Assembly: GCF_000025505.1 (NCBI RefSeq)
Contig: NC_013849.1
Location: 2,010,001-2,042,000 of the forward strand
Source: Ferroglobus placidus DSM 10642
GTDB taxonomy: Archaea > Halobacteriota > Archaeoglobi > Archaeoglobales > Archaeoglobaceae
DNA length: 32,000 bases
Direction: 5' to 3'
How positions within the stretch are numbered: the first letter of the stretch is position 1; the number at the start of each line of letters is the position of its first letter. The notes under the pieces were generated by a model, which had not been told where the DNA came from, made no database searches, and saw only the letters and a program-made list of their open reading frames with translations. Positions 1 to 8,873 of the stretch are shown here, piece by piece. A program made the translations under genes and the position numbers.

Positions 1-2
1 TC

Positions 3-554
3 AACTTCCTCGAAGATGAGGAGGTGGACGAACTCCTCGGCTTCCCCTTAGACAAGTGGAAGAAGAAAGCCCACATCAAGAAATACGACCCGAGGGAGGT
101 TTTCATCAGCGACGAAGAACTCATCGAAGCCTATAACGAAGTTGCCGAGAAGTTCCCCGAACTCGAAACCATCCTTAAGCTGATGGTCTTCTCGGGAGTG
201 AGGCTGAAATAGATTCTCGAAGCGCTCGAAACTTTCGACTCAGAGAACGTGGTAAAAGTGAACGGAAAGGTCGCAAGATACCCCATCGCTTCAGCGTCCA
301 AAGGGAAGAAGAAAGCCTTTTGGATGCACTTCCCGGCAGAACTCGAAATTAAACCGATGAACGTAAGTTACCACGTTGCAAGGGAAAAGCTGAACCTCGG
401 AAGAGTTTCGGCTAACTCGATCAGGAAGTGGAACTACAACTTTTTGATCTTGAATGAAGTTCCCGAAAGCGTTGCCGACTTCATTCAGGGAAGGGCGTCG
501 GTAACCGTCGGAAGCTCCCACTACTTAGAAAAAACGAGACAAGCCATAGAATGA
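3..554 (+). pseudogene. Archaeal tyrosine recombinase/integrase, C-terminal (catalytic) part, interrupted by in-frame TAG at 210-212
   Basis: 24..212 and 249..554 are in the same frame: ...LMVFSGVRLK*ILEALETF...SANSIRKWNYNFLI...GRASVTVGSSHYLEKTRQAIE. Contains the R of GVRL, the ADFIQGRA motif and the HY(L) nucleophile region. Confidence 0.8.
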
Positions 555-556
555 CA

Positions 557-928
557 TCAGCCAACGACGGGAATGCTCACTTCGATCTCATCGTAGGGAA
601 CGACAGGAACCTTTCTTCTCCTCTTACCTTTTTTCTCTTCCACGAATTTGACGAGTCCGAGCATTTCGAGAATTTCCAGATCCTTGATCACGTTCCTCCT
701 GTTCCTCCCCAACAACTTAGCCAGTTCGTAAACGCTTTTCGGATTCTTCTCTTTTATCACGTGCAGAATCTTCAACCTTTCCGGAGTCAGAATTTTTCTG
801 AGCGCTTCGTAACTCTCGAAAACGATTCTCTCGAACTCCACATCCTCTCCTTCATCGATTCTCCTCGCTACCTCCAAAAGTTCCTCCCTACTATCTCTCC
901 TCCCGATCTCAATCCTCAACTTTACCAT
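557..928 (-). CDS. HTH DNA-binding protein, HVO_A0114/TumA-like antitoxin-type regulator
   Basis: MVKLRIEIGRRD...ALRKILTPERLKILHVIKEKNPKSVYELAKLLGRNRRNVIKDLEILEMLGLVKF is a clear winged-HTH. Listed ORF extends to 973, but the start at 928 gives the usual MVKLRI start and overlaps the upstream gene. Confidence 0.75.
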   Translation of the reverse strand: MVKLRIEIGRRDSREELLEVARRIDEGEDVEFERIVFESYEALRKILTPERLKILHVIKEKNPKSVYELAKLLGRNRRNVIKDLEILEMLGLVKFVEEKKGKRRRKVPVVPYDEIEVSIPVVG

Positions 929-1219
929 ACAGCACCTCCTCCACGATTTTAACATCCTCGAAGAACCTCTCAATCAGCTTTTCGACGCTTTCAAACTCTA
1001 TTCCCTCCTCTTTATCGAAGAAGTGTCTGTGGTGTCCTTATCCCCTTTCGTTGTCGTAGCCGAGAACTCTCCTGTAGCTTTCGCCTTCAACGTGAACGTA
1101 AGCCATCGAGTACTTCACACCTCGGGAAAATCCTCGGACTTCGGAACCCTTCAAATATTGATCCGAATAATGTCCCCATGATCGTTGACCTCCTTGTAAT
1201 CCACGAGCAATTTTGCCAT
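917..1219 (-). pseudogene. DUF6516/TumE-like toxin remnant
   Basis: Stitched minus-strand translation: MAKLLVDYKEVNDHGDIIRINI*RVPKSEDFPE(frameshift)GVKYSMAYVHVEGESYRRVLGYDNERG*GHHRHFFDKEEGIEFESVEKLIERFFEDVKIVEEVLYGKVED. Two in-frame stops (1151-1153, 1038-1040) and a frameshift near 1121-1127. The 3' end overlaps the HTH gene. Confidence 0.65.
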
Positions 1220-1221
1220 TC

Positions 1222-1248
1222 AATATGTGTTATGTAAGCACACATATT
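1222..1248. promoter_or_regulatory. Perfect 9-bp inverted repeat (AATATGTGT-N9-ACACATATT) overlapping a minus-strand TATA-like box; candidate TA autoregulatory operator
   Basis: aatatgtgt (1222-1230), tatgtaagc, acacatatt (1240-1248), immediately upstream of ATG at 1219(-). TTTAAATAT box on the minus strand overlaps the distal arm. Confidence 0.6.
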
Positions 1249-1511
1249 TAAAGCTATCGAGTTTAGGCAGCTCCCCCTCGTTATCACCTTAGAACTCGTT
1301 AAGGTTTTGGTGCAAAACTCGTCGCCTAATGTAAGTAAGCTGTAGTATCGCTTTTTGGCTGTTAACTTGACGTCAACGCTTCAATCTTTCCAAGTATTTT
1401 TTAATGTCCAAAAAAATAAATTAAATTAAAAAATTTATCTCTACCCTTAGCGTTCGCATGCCTAACTTGAAATCCCAAACCCTTTTAACCTCTCAATTAA
1501 AATAAGAAAAC

Positions 1512-1694
1512 ATGGATGTCGAGGTTGTGAAGCGAGCAGTCAGAGAGGTTCTGAGAGAAGAGCTTGAGAGGGTTCTCAAAGAAGTAGTTTTAAATCTGAT
1601 TCCCGAAGATGAGCCCGAAGAGGACGAAAAAGAATTCGTGGGGGAAGAAATCTCAGAGAAAGATTACATTCCACTCAAGGAGGTCATGAAGTGA
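1512..1694 (+). CDS. Small acidic RelB-like antitoxin of a RelBE-type module
   Basis: 60-aa acidic ORF, overlaps the following RelE-like ORF by 4 nt (ATGA). Confidence 0.65.
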   Translation: MDVEVVKRAVREVLREELERVLKEVVLNLIPEDEPEEDEKEFVGEEISEKDYIPLKEVMK

Positions 1695-1948
1695 ATGAAG
1701 TCCTTCTTCATAAAAGAGTCGTCAAGTTTCTCGATAAACTCGACAAAAGAAGGAAGGAAAGCATTTTAAAAGTTTTGAAATCTCTTGAAAACTTCCCTTT
1801 AATTAGAGCTGATATAAAGAAGATCGGTAATAGAACATACAGGATGAGAACGGGAGACCTCAGAATAATTTTCGATTACATCAAAGATGAGGATAAGATC
1901 TTCGTCAAATTGGTTGATTTCAGAGGGAAAGTTTATAAGAAAATGTAA
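1691..1948 (+). CDS. RelE/ParE-family toxin (mRNA interferase-like)
   Basis: VVKFLDKLDKRRKESILKVLKSLENFPL...IKKIGNRTYRMRTGDLRIIFDYIKDEDKIFVKLVDFRGKVYKK, typical RelE fold signature. Confidence 0.85.
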   Translation: MNEVLLHKRVVKFLDKLDKRRKESILKVLKSLENFPLIRADIKKIGNRTYRMRTGDLRIIFDYIKDEDKIFVKLVDFRGKVYKKM

Positions 1949-2018
1949 AAAACTCCACCATGCTGGACGGGAACCCGAGGATCGCAACTTTTATTTTTAT
2001 TCGCACGTATGAATCAAT

Positions 2019-2180
2019 ATGCCTCGCAAAAGTCAGGACAAGGTGAAATTAACACTGACCATCAATAAAAACGTTCTCGAGAGAGCGAAGGAAATAATAC
2101 CCAACCTTAGCGCTTTCGTCGAAATGAAGCTTCGAGAATACGTAATTTTAGCAGAAAACGGTTTCGTAAGTGGAATTGTA
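2019..2180 (+). pseudogene. N-terminal fragment of SSV-type integrase, int(N)-like
   Basis: MPRKSQDKVKLTLTINKNVLERAKEIIPNLSAFVEMKLREYVILAENGFVSGIV, then WTRRDLNPGPPPCEGGALPLSY, which is the antisense translation of the tRNA. This resembles att-spanning integrases of this class. Confidence 0.65.
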
Positions 2181-2252
<72 letters not shown>

Positions 2253-2304
2253 TCGAAAGTAGAGGTATTTCGAGTTTATTAAATTTTACCCTTCTTTTAT
2301 TCGA

Positions 2305-3030
2305 TTAAGTTGTAACGCTGACAACAGCCAAGCTTATCTCAAAGAATAAAATCATCGGTAAGGCTACCATCAGCTGCGTGAAAACGTCGGGTGGAGTTAT
2401 AACTGCACCGATAACGAAAAAAACTACGTAAAAGTGCCTTCTGTAGTATTTGAACGTGGAAAGGTCTACAATTCCGTTCTTCACGAGGAAATGCATAATT
2501 AAAGGCATTTCAAAAGTCACTCCGAAAACGGCTAACATCAAAACTACGAAGTTTATGAACTCAGCTATCGAGTAGAGAGCCAAAACGCCTTGGGATTGGG
2601 CAATAGAATAAAGAAATTTCAAGAAGAGGGGAAGCATAACGATGTAGCCGTAAGCGACACCCATGAAAAACAAGAGCATCGCGATTATAGCGTACAATAC
2701 CGCTTTACTTTTTGAAATCTCCACGTTCTTTAAAAGCTCAGTTCTTTCCTTCAGGGTTTTGTAGGAGAGGTAAACGATGTATGGTAACGCTGCGAGAAAA
2801 CCGAATATCAGCGAGATTTTAATCTTCAGCATAAGAAGTTCGAGGGGTGCCTGAGTTATCAGCTTAGCCCCTTCTGGGAGCAAATCATTTTCGACTTTCT
2901 CTATAACGTGATCGGCTACGAAGACATAAGACAAAGCCCAAACTACCGCAATTATACCGATAACTTTAATAAGCTTCATTCTCACAGCCACAAGTATTTC
3001 CGCCACGTCCTTCAGCGTTAGTTCAGTCAT
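2305..3030 (-). CDS. tatC: Sec-independent (Tat) translocase subunit TatC
   Basis: 241-aa six-TM protein with ...FGFLAALPYIVYLSYKTLKERTELL, FGVTFEMPLIMHFLVKNGIV and VFFVIGAVITPPDVFTQLMVALPMILFFEISL. Confidence 0.9.
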   Translation of the reverse strand: MTELTLKDVAEILVAVRMKLIKVIGIIAVVWALSYVFVADHVIEKVENDLLPEGAKLITQAPLELLMLKIKISLIFGFLAALPYIVYLSYKTLKERTELLKNVEISKSKAVLYAIIAMLLFFMGVAYGYIVMLPLFLKFLYSIAQSQGVLALYSIAEFINFVVLMLAVFGVTFEMPLIMHFLVKNGIVDLSTFKYYRRHFYVVFFVIGAVITPPDVFTQLMVALPMILFFEISLAVVSVTT

Positions 3031-3048
3031 CGATATTCGCTGAAGAAC

Positions 3049-3064
3049 AGAGTATATATACTCT
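3049..3064. promoter_or_regulatory. Perfect 16-nt palindrome AGAGTATATATACTCT: putative bidirectional TATA element for tatC(-) and argJ(+)
   Basis: Centre (3056.5) is about 25-27 nt from both start codons (3030 minus, 3081 plus). Confidence 0.7.
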
Positions 3065-3080
3065 CCGAAGAACTCGTTTT

Positions 3081-4214
3081 ATGCTTCACATGATCGACGG
3101 AGTTCTCTGCGGAGGAGAGAAGAGGGGCAAAATAGGGGTGGGAATAATCGTTTGCGAGGGTAAGATATCTGCTGTCTACACGAAAAACAAGATAAAAGCT
3201 GCTCCGATCAAGTTTAACCTTCAGAATCTCTCCGAAGATGTTAGAGGAATAATCGTAAACAGCGGAAACGCTAATGCGTTTACCGGAGAGGAGGGAGTGA
3301 GAAGAGCTAAAATTATGGCTGAATTCCTCGCTTCAAAGCTGAACTGCGAAGTTAGTAAGGTTGCTGTTGCTTCAACTGGAGTCATTGGAAAACAGCTCGA
3401 AATAGAGGAAATTATAAAAATAGGAGAAAACGTTTTCGGAAAACTTGGAAACGACGAAAAATCTTCCCTTTCATTTGCAAAGGCAATAATGACTACCGAC
3501 AGATTTCCCAAAATGGCTTACTGGGAGGGCGAAGTCAAAATTGCTGGAGTTGCGAAGGGGGCTGGAATGATCTCCCCAAACATGGCTACGATGCTTGCTT
3601 TCATAGTCTCCGATGCCGATCTTCAACCGAGATCTTCAAAGAGAATTTTGAGGAGAGTCGTGGATAGAACTTTCAACCAGGCTGTTGTTGATGGTGATAC
3701 TTCAACCAACGACACCGTCTTTCTGATAACAACCGGAGAAAGGAAAATTTCAGAAAGGTCTTTTGAAAAAGGGCTAGAAAGTGTTTGCGAGGAACTTGCG
3801 AAGCAGATAGTTAAGGACGGTGAGGGGGCTAAAAAGCTCCTTTTGATTAAAGTAACTGGGGCGAGAAATAATAAGGAGGGTTTCAAAGCCGCAAAAGTTG
3901 TAGCCAGCTCTTTACTCGTTAAGACGGCATTTTTCGGAGAGGATCCGAATTTCGGAAGAATCGTTGCTGCTTTAGGCTATTCCGGAGTAGATGTGGACGA
4001 AAAAATCAGCATAACTTTCAGAAGCAAGCTCGGAGAGGTTAAAGTCGTGGAGAGTGGAGAAGTTGTATTGGATGAGCTTTTGGCAAGAAAAGTATTATCA
4101 GCAGAAGAAGTAGAAGTTCTGATAGATTTGCACAAAGGAAACGGGAAAGGACACGCTTTCGGTTGCGATCTCGGCTACGAGTACGTTAGAATAAATTCTG
4201 AATACACGACATGA
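3081..4214 (+). CDS. argJ: Glutamate N-acetyltransferase / ornithine acetyltransferase
   Basis: KGAGMISPNMATMLAFIVSDA, VVDGDTSTNDTVFL, FGEDPNFGRIVAALGYSG; ends ...GHAFGCDLGYEYVRINSEYTT. Confidence 0.95.
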   Translation: MLHMIDGVLCGGEKRGKIGVGIIVCEGKISAVYTKNKIKAAPIKFNLQNLSEDVRGIIVNSGNANAFTGEEGVRRAKIMAEFLASKLNCEVSKVAVASTGVIGKQLEIEEIIKIGENVFGKLGNDEKSSLSFAKAIMTTDRFPKMAYWEGEVKIAGVAKGAGMISPNMATMLAFIVSDADLQPRSSKRILRRVVDRTFNQAVVDGDTSTNDTVFLITTGERKISERSFEKGLESVCEELAKQIVKDGEGAKKLLLIKVTGARNNKEGFKAAKVVASSLLVKTAFFGEDPNFGRIVAALGYSGVDVDEKISITFRSKLGEVKVVESGEVVLDELLARKVLSAEEVEVLIDLHKGNGKGHAFGCDLGYEYVRINSEYTT

Positions 4215-5419
4215 GGTACGTTATAGTTGGGGGAGGAGATATAGGAAGAAGTATAGCAGATTCGTTGAAGGAAGACTACATTATCGTTGAAAAAGATGAG
4301 AAAGTCTATGAGGATCTCATTAAGCGCGGCTACAAAGCTTTGCTCGGCGACGCAACGGACGAGGATTTCATGAAGAAGCTCCAGTTAAAAGGAGCGAAAG
4401 TAATATTAGCGACAAATGATGACGAGACGAACTTGAAAATAGCGGAAATAGCGAGAAAACTCGGAGCGGAGGAGGTCGTGGCGAGAGTGGAGGATGGAAG
4501 CAAAATAGAAGAGTACGCTAAGGCTAAAATAAAAGCCATAGCTTGCGATAAGATTGTTGCCGCCGAGCTAATGCACGAGCTCTCAGAAGGAAGAAAGAGG
4601 TACTTCGAGATAGTCGTTTCTAAAAGAAACTTTGCAGGAAAAAGACTTTCGGAAATAAACATAGGCGAAGGCTGCACGGTGGTCGTTGTTTTCAGAGGGG
4701 GCTTAGCTTACAAGCCGAACCCCGATTTTAAGCTTGAAGAAGGAGACAAGCTTGGGATTATTTGCGGAGAAGAAATAAAAGCGACTAAAAAACCCTTTGA
4801 AGAAATACTCGTAGTCGTTACCGACTCAAAGCAAAGAGAGAATGTATTCACCGAAGCGAGAATGTTCGCTGAAAGGTTCGATGCTGAGCTAATATACCTC
4901 TACAAATCCCACGGATCGATAATGTGCTCTTTAAATGCCGATGAAATAGAGGATATGAGCGTCAACGAGGCTTTTGAGTTGATAAAAGCTTTTGAAGGAA
5001 GAGTGGATTTGATGATAACGAACATCCCCAAGAGCAGAAAGGAACTCGTGTTCCTTGAAAGGTTCCCGGTTCTTCTGGCTAAAGGGAAGGAAGATTACAA
5101 AAACTCTCTCGTCGTCGTGAACACGAGTAAGCCGGAGAAACTCCTGAACTACGCTTCGGCAATTTCGAACTTTTTCGGAGAAACGAAGGTTATCTTCCTC
5201 AATCAGGAGCAGTTGAAAGCTTCTTCTTCTATAATGGAAAGCCCGAAGATGAAAATTTCATTGGCTTCTCACAACCCTCTGGTGGAGGTTATAAGCGAGG
5301 TGAAAAAAGATTACGACCTCGTAATTCTTTCTGCCAAAAACGATGTCGGAAACTTGAGCGAAAACATCCTCTGGAAAATCATAACAAAAACAAGCTCCTC
5401 TGTGATGGTGATCGAATGA
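4211..5419 (+). CDS. TrkA-like NAD-binding (RCK_N/RCK_C) protein with C-terminal USP-like region
   Basis: N-terminal MRYVIVGGGDIGRSIADSLKEDYIIVEKDEK...GDATDEDFMKKLQLKGAKVILATNDDETNLKIAEIARKLGAEEVVARV; overlaps argJ by 4 nt. Confidence 0.88.
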   Translation: MRYVIVGGGDIGRSIADSLKEDYIIVEKDEKVYEDLIKRGYKALLGDATDEDFMKKLQLKGAKVILATNDDETNLKIAEIARKLGAEEVVARVEDGSKIEEYAKAKIKAIACDKIVAAELMHELSEGRKRYFEIVVSKRNFAGKRLSEINIGEGCTVVVVFRGGLAYKPNPDFKLEEGDKLGIICGEEIKATKKPFEEILVVVTDSKQRENVFTEARMFAERFDAELIYLYKSHGSIMCSLNADEIEDMSVNEAFELIKAFEGRVDLMITNIPKSRKELVFLERFPVLLAKGKEDYKNSLVVVNTSKPEKLLNYASAISNFFGETKVIFLNQEQLKASSSIMESPKMKISLASHNPLVEVISEVKKDYDLVILSAKNDVGNLSENILWKIITKTSSSVMVIE

Positions 5420-6528
5420 ATGATCTGATAGCGATTTTTCTAATTTCCGGAATAGCTTTTCTATCTCCGTTTATTGCTGAAAGAATTAGAATTCCGGCAG
5501 TCATCCTCGAAATATTGTTCGGTATGATTTTAGCTTCTCTTTACAACATTTTCGGCCTCTCTTGGTTCGAGTTCTTCGCCCTATTGGGTTTAATATTCCT
5601 GATGTTTCTCTCCGGGCTCGAAATTAACTTTTCAATTCTCGAAAAAAGGAAGGACATCGTTTTCGTTTCTCTCCTCTACATTCTCCTGAGTTTTCTGATT
5701 TCCTGTTTGGCTGTGGTGATGCTTAAAGTCCACATTATCTATGCGATATTTTTGACAAACGTTTCCCTCGGACTGGTGGTTCCCGTTTTAAGGGAGAAAA
5801 GGCTTGCTGGAACCGACTTCGGGCAGAGTATTCTCGTGACTACTTTTCTCACGGACTTCCTCACCATGACTCTCTTGTCCATCATAGTGATTTACGAGAA
5901 GTACGAGAGCGTTTCCATGGAATTCTTCCTATCTTTCGGAATAATTCTCCTCTTCTTTCTCTCCTACTTCCTCGGTGAGAGGCTAATCTGGAGGTTTCCG
6001 AATTTCTTTAAGAGGCTTTACGAAGATCCGATGGAGGTGGGGGTTAGGGGAGCTTTCGCCTTAATGATATTCTTTTCTGGAGTCGCAACTCTTTTAGGTT
6101 CGGAAGCCATCCTTGGAGCTTTTCTTGCGGGAGTTCTGGTTTCGGCAGTTTTGAGAGGTTCTGGAACGCTCGGCGGAAAGCTTGAAGCTGTTGGCTACGG
6201 AGTATTCATACCGATATTCTTCCTCAAAGCCGGAGCTGAGCTTTACAGATCTTTGAGCGGCGTTAACTTAATTTTCGTAATCTACCTTACAATAGCCGCC
6301 TTTGCAGTAAAGCTTTTGCCGTCTTTCGTCTTCTTCAAAAAATTCGAGGTTAGGGATGCTATAAAAATAGGAACAATTCAGGTTTCAAAGCTGAGCTTGA
6401 CAGTGGCTGGAGCAGAGATAGCGAGAAGCGCCGGAGTTATAACGAGTTTCGAGGCGGCAAACGTAATCTTTTTCACACTTCTGACAGGATTAATAGCTCC
6501 GACGATATTCAGGGTGATGGTCAAATGA
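5416..6528 (+). CDS. CPA2/KefB-like cation:proton antiporter membrane protein
   Basis: Multi-TM: PAVILEILFGMILASLYN, FLMFLSGLEINF, VGVRGAFALMIFFSGVATLLGSEAILGAFLAGVLVSA, PIFFLKAGAEL. Confidence 0.88.
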   Translation: MNDLIAIFLISGIAFLSPFIAERIRIPAVILEILFGMILASLYNIFGLSWFEFFALLGLIFLMFLSGLEINFSILEKRKDIVFVSLLYILLSFLISCLAVVMLKVHIIYAIFLTNVSLGLVVPVLREKRLAGTDFGQSILVTTFLTDFLTMTLLSIIVIYEKYESVSMEFFLSFGIILLFFLSYFLGERLIWRFPNFFKRLYEDPMEVGVRGAFALMIFFSGVATLLGSEAILGAFLAGVLVSAVLRGSGTLGGKLEAVGYGVFIPIFFLKAGAELYRSLSGVNLIFVIYLTIAAFAVKLLPSFVFFKKFEVRDAIKIGTIQVSKLSLTVAGAEIARSAGVITSFEAANVIFFTLLTGLIAPTIFRVMVK

Positions 6529-7730
6529 AGATTGCAGTTGTAGGAGCTGGATTAAGCGGACTTAACGCCGCGAGAATACTATCGGAATACGCGAAAGTTG
6601 TCGTTTTCGAAAAGAAAGAGGTGGGTGGATTACTCTCTTCTCTCTGCAACTCCTACTGCGTAGAGAAATTTTACCACCACTGCTTTAAGCAGGACGATTA
6701 CCTTCTCGAAGTTTTGAGAGAGTTAAATCTTCACTCTAAGCTTAAATGGAGGGTAGTCAAAGTGGGGCAGGAGTATGAGGGAAAGATTTATTCTTTAAGC
6801 ACTCCACTCGAAATCTTGAGATACCCGGGTATGAGCTTTTTCGACAAGGTAAAGCTTGCGAAATTTACGATTTCTGCGAAGAAAAAAAATTACGAAGAGT
6901 TTGATAACAAAAGCGTCGTGGAGGGGATTAAAGAGGAGCTTGGGGAAAAACTTTACCGCAGCTTTTTCCTACCGCTCCTTAGATCCAAGTTCGGAGATAA
7001 TTATGAAGAGGTTAGCTACGCTTGGCTTCTTGCAAGAGTGTCTATCAGGAGCAACAGGAAACTAAGGGGAGAGGAGCTCGGTTACCTAAAAGGAGGTTTC
7101 GCTCAGCTCGTCGAGAAGCTTTCGGAAAATCTCGAGATTAAATTCGAGAACGCTAAGATTGAAAAGGGAGGTAAGTGGACTGTTAACGGAGAAAGCTTCG
7201 ATGCCGTAATTTTTACAGCTCCTCTGCCCGAGTTAAACCTAAGTTTCAACCTTCCAGAGATAAAGTTTCAGAGCAGCATATGCGCGCTCATTGCAGCTGA
7301 AGAAAAAGTGACCGAGGACATTTACTGGACGAACTTTACAAACGCTCCCTTTGGAGCGATGATCGAGCACACGAACTTTATGCCTTTCGAGGATTACGGG
7401 GAGCATCTAATATACCTTGCAAGCTACACAACTCCAGAAAAGCTCTACGAAAGGAGCGACGGAGATCTAAAAAGAATTTACTTGTCCTTCCTCGAAAAGT
7501 TCGGATTCAAGGAAGAGTACGTAAAGAAATTTTACGTTTTTCGCGCAAAGTACAGCGGTCCCATCTATGAAAAAGGCTACCTCAAAAAAATAACACCATA
7601 CAAACTTGCTGAAGGGTTTTACTATGCGGGATTGACTTCAGAAACCAATTACCCGGAAAGAAGCATGAACGGAAGCCTGCTTGCCGGAAAGAAAGTTGCT
7701 GAGAAAGTTATAGAAGACCTTCTCTCTTAG
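6525..7730 (+). CDS. FAD-dependent amine-oxidase/protoporphyrinogen-oxidase-like oxidoreductase
   Basis: MKIAVVGAGLSGLNAARILSEYAKVVVFEKKEVGGLLSS, GGFAQLVEKLSE, C-terminal GLTSETNYPERSMNGSLLAGKKVAEKV. Confidence 0.82.
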   Translation: MKIAVVGAGLSGLNAARILSEYAKVVVFEKKEVGGLLSSLCNSYCVEKFYHHCFKQDDYLLEVLRELNLHSKLKWRVVKVGQEYEGKIYSLSTPLEILRYPGMSFFDKVKLAKFTISAKKKNYEEFDNKSVVEGIKEELGEKLYRSFFLPLLRSKFGDNYEEVSYAWLLARVSIRSNRKLRGEELGYLKGGFAQLVEKLSENLEIKFENAKIEKGGKWTVNGESFDAVIFTAPLPELNLSFNLPEIKFQSSICALIAAEEKVTEDIYWTNFTNAPFGAMIEHTNFMPFEDYGEHLIYLASYTTPEKLYERSDGDLKRIYLSFLEKFGFKEEYVKKFYVFRAKYSGPIYEKGYLKKITPYKLAEGFYYAGLTSETNYPERSMNGSLLAGKKVAEKVIEDLLS

Positions 7731-8639
7731 CTATCTCGATCTCCAAGTCCAGTTCCGTCTTTATTCCAATTTCGTGAAGTTTCTCGTTAGCTTCAAAAAT
7801 GCTGAACGTGTTTTCCACGTTCTTGGCTAACAACTTGCCGTAAATTTTCCTAAGATCGAGGTAGAATACGAGAGCGTTGAGAATCGACACGTCCATATCA
7901 AACTCACCCCAGAACTTGTACTTGCCGAAGTAACCCTTAGACGCCAGCAGGGGAATTTTGGAAGATTCGGTTTCCACGGAAAAAACGAAATTTTCAAGCT
8001 TTTCCTCCCACTCAACCAAACTCACTCCGAGAATTGCATCGTGATCTTCCGAGAGGTACCTCTCTATTTCGTATCTGCTAAGCTCTCCGTCGCTTCCAAA
8101 CCCCACGATAGCGAGTATCGTACCGAAATCTCTTAGAGAAGCGATTGCAACGGAATCGGCGAGCGGGCTCGTTAAATTCTTCTCGCTTCCCCTCGCTATC
8201 GAATCTCCGCCGGCGTCGACAGCAAAAATTAGATCGAACTCTCGTTCTTCCAAAAATTCTGTAAGAGATTTTCTAAGGTTTTCGGCACCTTTTGTTATGT
8301 CAAGGGCAAGAACTTTCTCTCCTAAAAAACCAGCTACTTTTGAACATATGAGTTCAACTCCGTTTACGGTTTCTCCACCTTTAAGCCATCCGAGGCACTC
8401 GTTTATCCTCTCTACTCCTACTATCTCCTCCAAAGCAGCTGGTCCGGGCTTTTTGTCCCTTCTTATCCTTTCCCAAACAACTCCGCCGAGAACGCATTCG
8501 ATTCTAAACTTTTCTATAAAGTTCTTCACGTAGAGGGCGCTTACAACATCCCCCCACCACCGATTCCAACGACGAGAGCGCTATTCGAATTCTTGAGGAG
8601 ATCTATTAGCTTCACAGCGAAAGAATCCCAAAAATGCAT
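7708..8639 (-). pseudogene. DUF1152-family protein with an apparent 1-nt deletion in a G6 tract (8550-8555)
   Basis: Annotated ORF 7708..8529 lacks its N-terminus. Upstream minus-strand frame gives MHFWDSFAVKLIDLLKNSNSALVVGIGGGG, then after a frame change DVVSALYVKNFIEKFRIECVLGGVVWER. Confidence 0.7.
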
Positions 8640-8735
8640 AAAACGGTAACGATCTTATCTTTATCACTATTATCATTTTTAACCCTCGGTATAAATATAA
8701 AACTGCTCCAAATATACTCACTCAATCAGCAATCC

Positions 8736-8743
8736 TTAAATAT
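8736..8743 (+). promoter_or_regulatory. Putative TATA box for the RHH-ftsZ transcript
   Basis: aatccTTAAATATg upstream of a leader of roughly 105-110 nt. Confidence 0.5.
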
Positions 8744-8789
8744 GTTGTCGTTCTGTCTTACATTGTCGGACAAAATGTTCCGTTTGGCA

Positions 8790-8873
8790 TCCTATAGGTG
8801 GCGGCGGGAAGGCAATGGAGGGCAGGCATCCTACGCCTGTCCTCCTATACATCCTGTAATTCAGGTGGAGGAA
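8790..8873 (+). promoter_or_regulatory. GC-rich structured 5' leader upstream of the RHH gene and ftsZ
   Basis: Hairpin GGAGGGCAGGC (8817-8827) / GCCTGTCCTCC (8835-8845). An alternative pairing puts TCCTCC (8840-8845) against GGAGGA next to the start codon. Confidence 0.5.

Noticed and set aside
551-952. 133-aa + strand ORF
   Set aside because: Fully antisense to the convincing HTH gene; low-complexity FLLFH-type composition typical of antisense reading.
1367-1376. TTGACGTCAA perfect palindrome
   Set aside because: Only 10 nt, isolated, no positional link to a start codon; could occur by chance.
1961-1998. CGGGAACCCG hairpin followed by T-rich stretch, slightly resembling a T-arm of a tRNA
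   Set aside because: Too short for a tRNA remnant; no match to the tRNA-Ala 3' end. At most a weak relE terminator or promoter for the next ORF.
8634-8873. 80-aa N-terminal extension of the RHH ORF
   Set aside because: Extension is not protein-like and spans the promoter and GC-rich leader. An ATG with a Shine-Dalgarno at 8874 begins a complete RHH domain.
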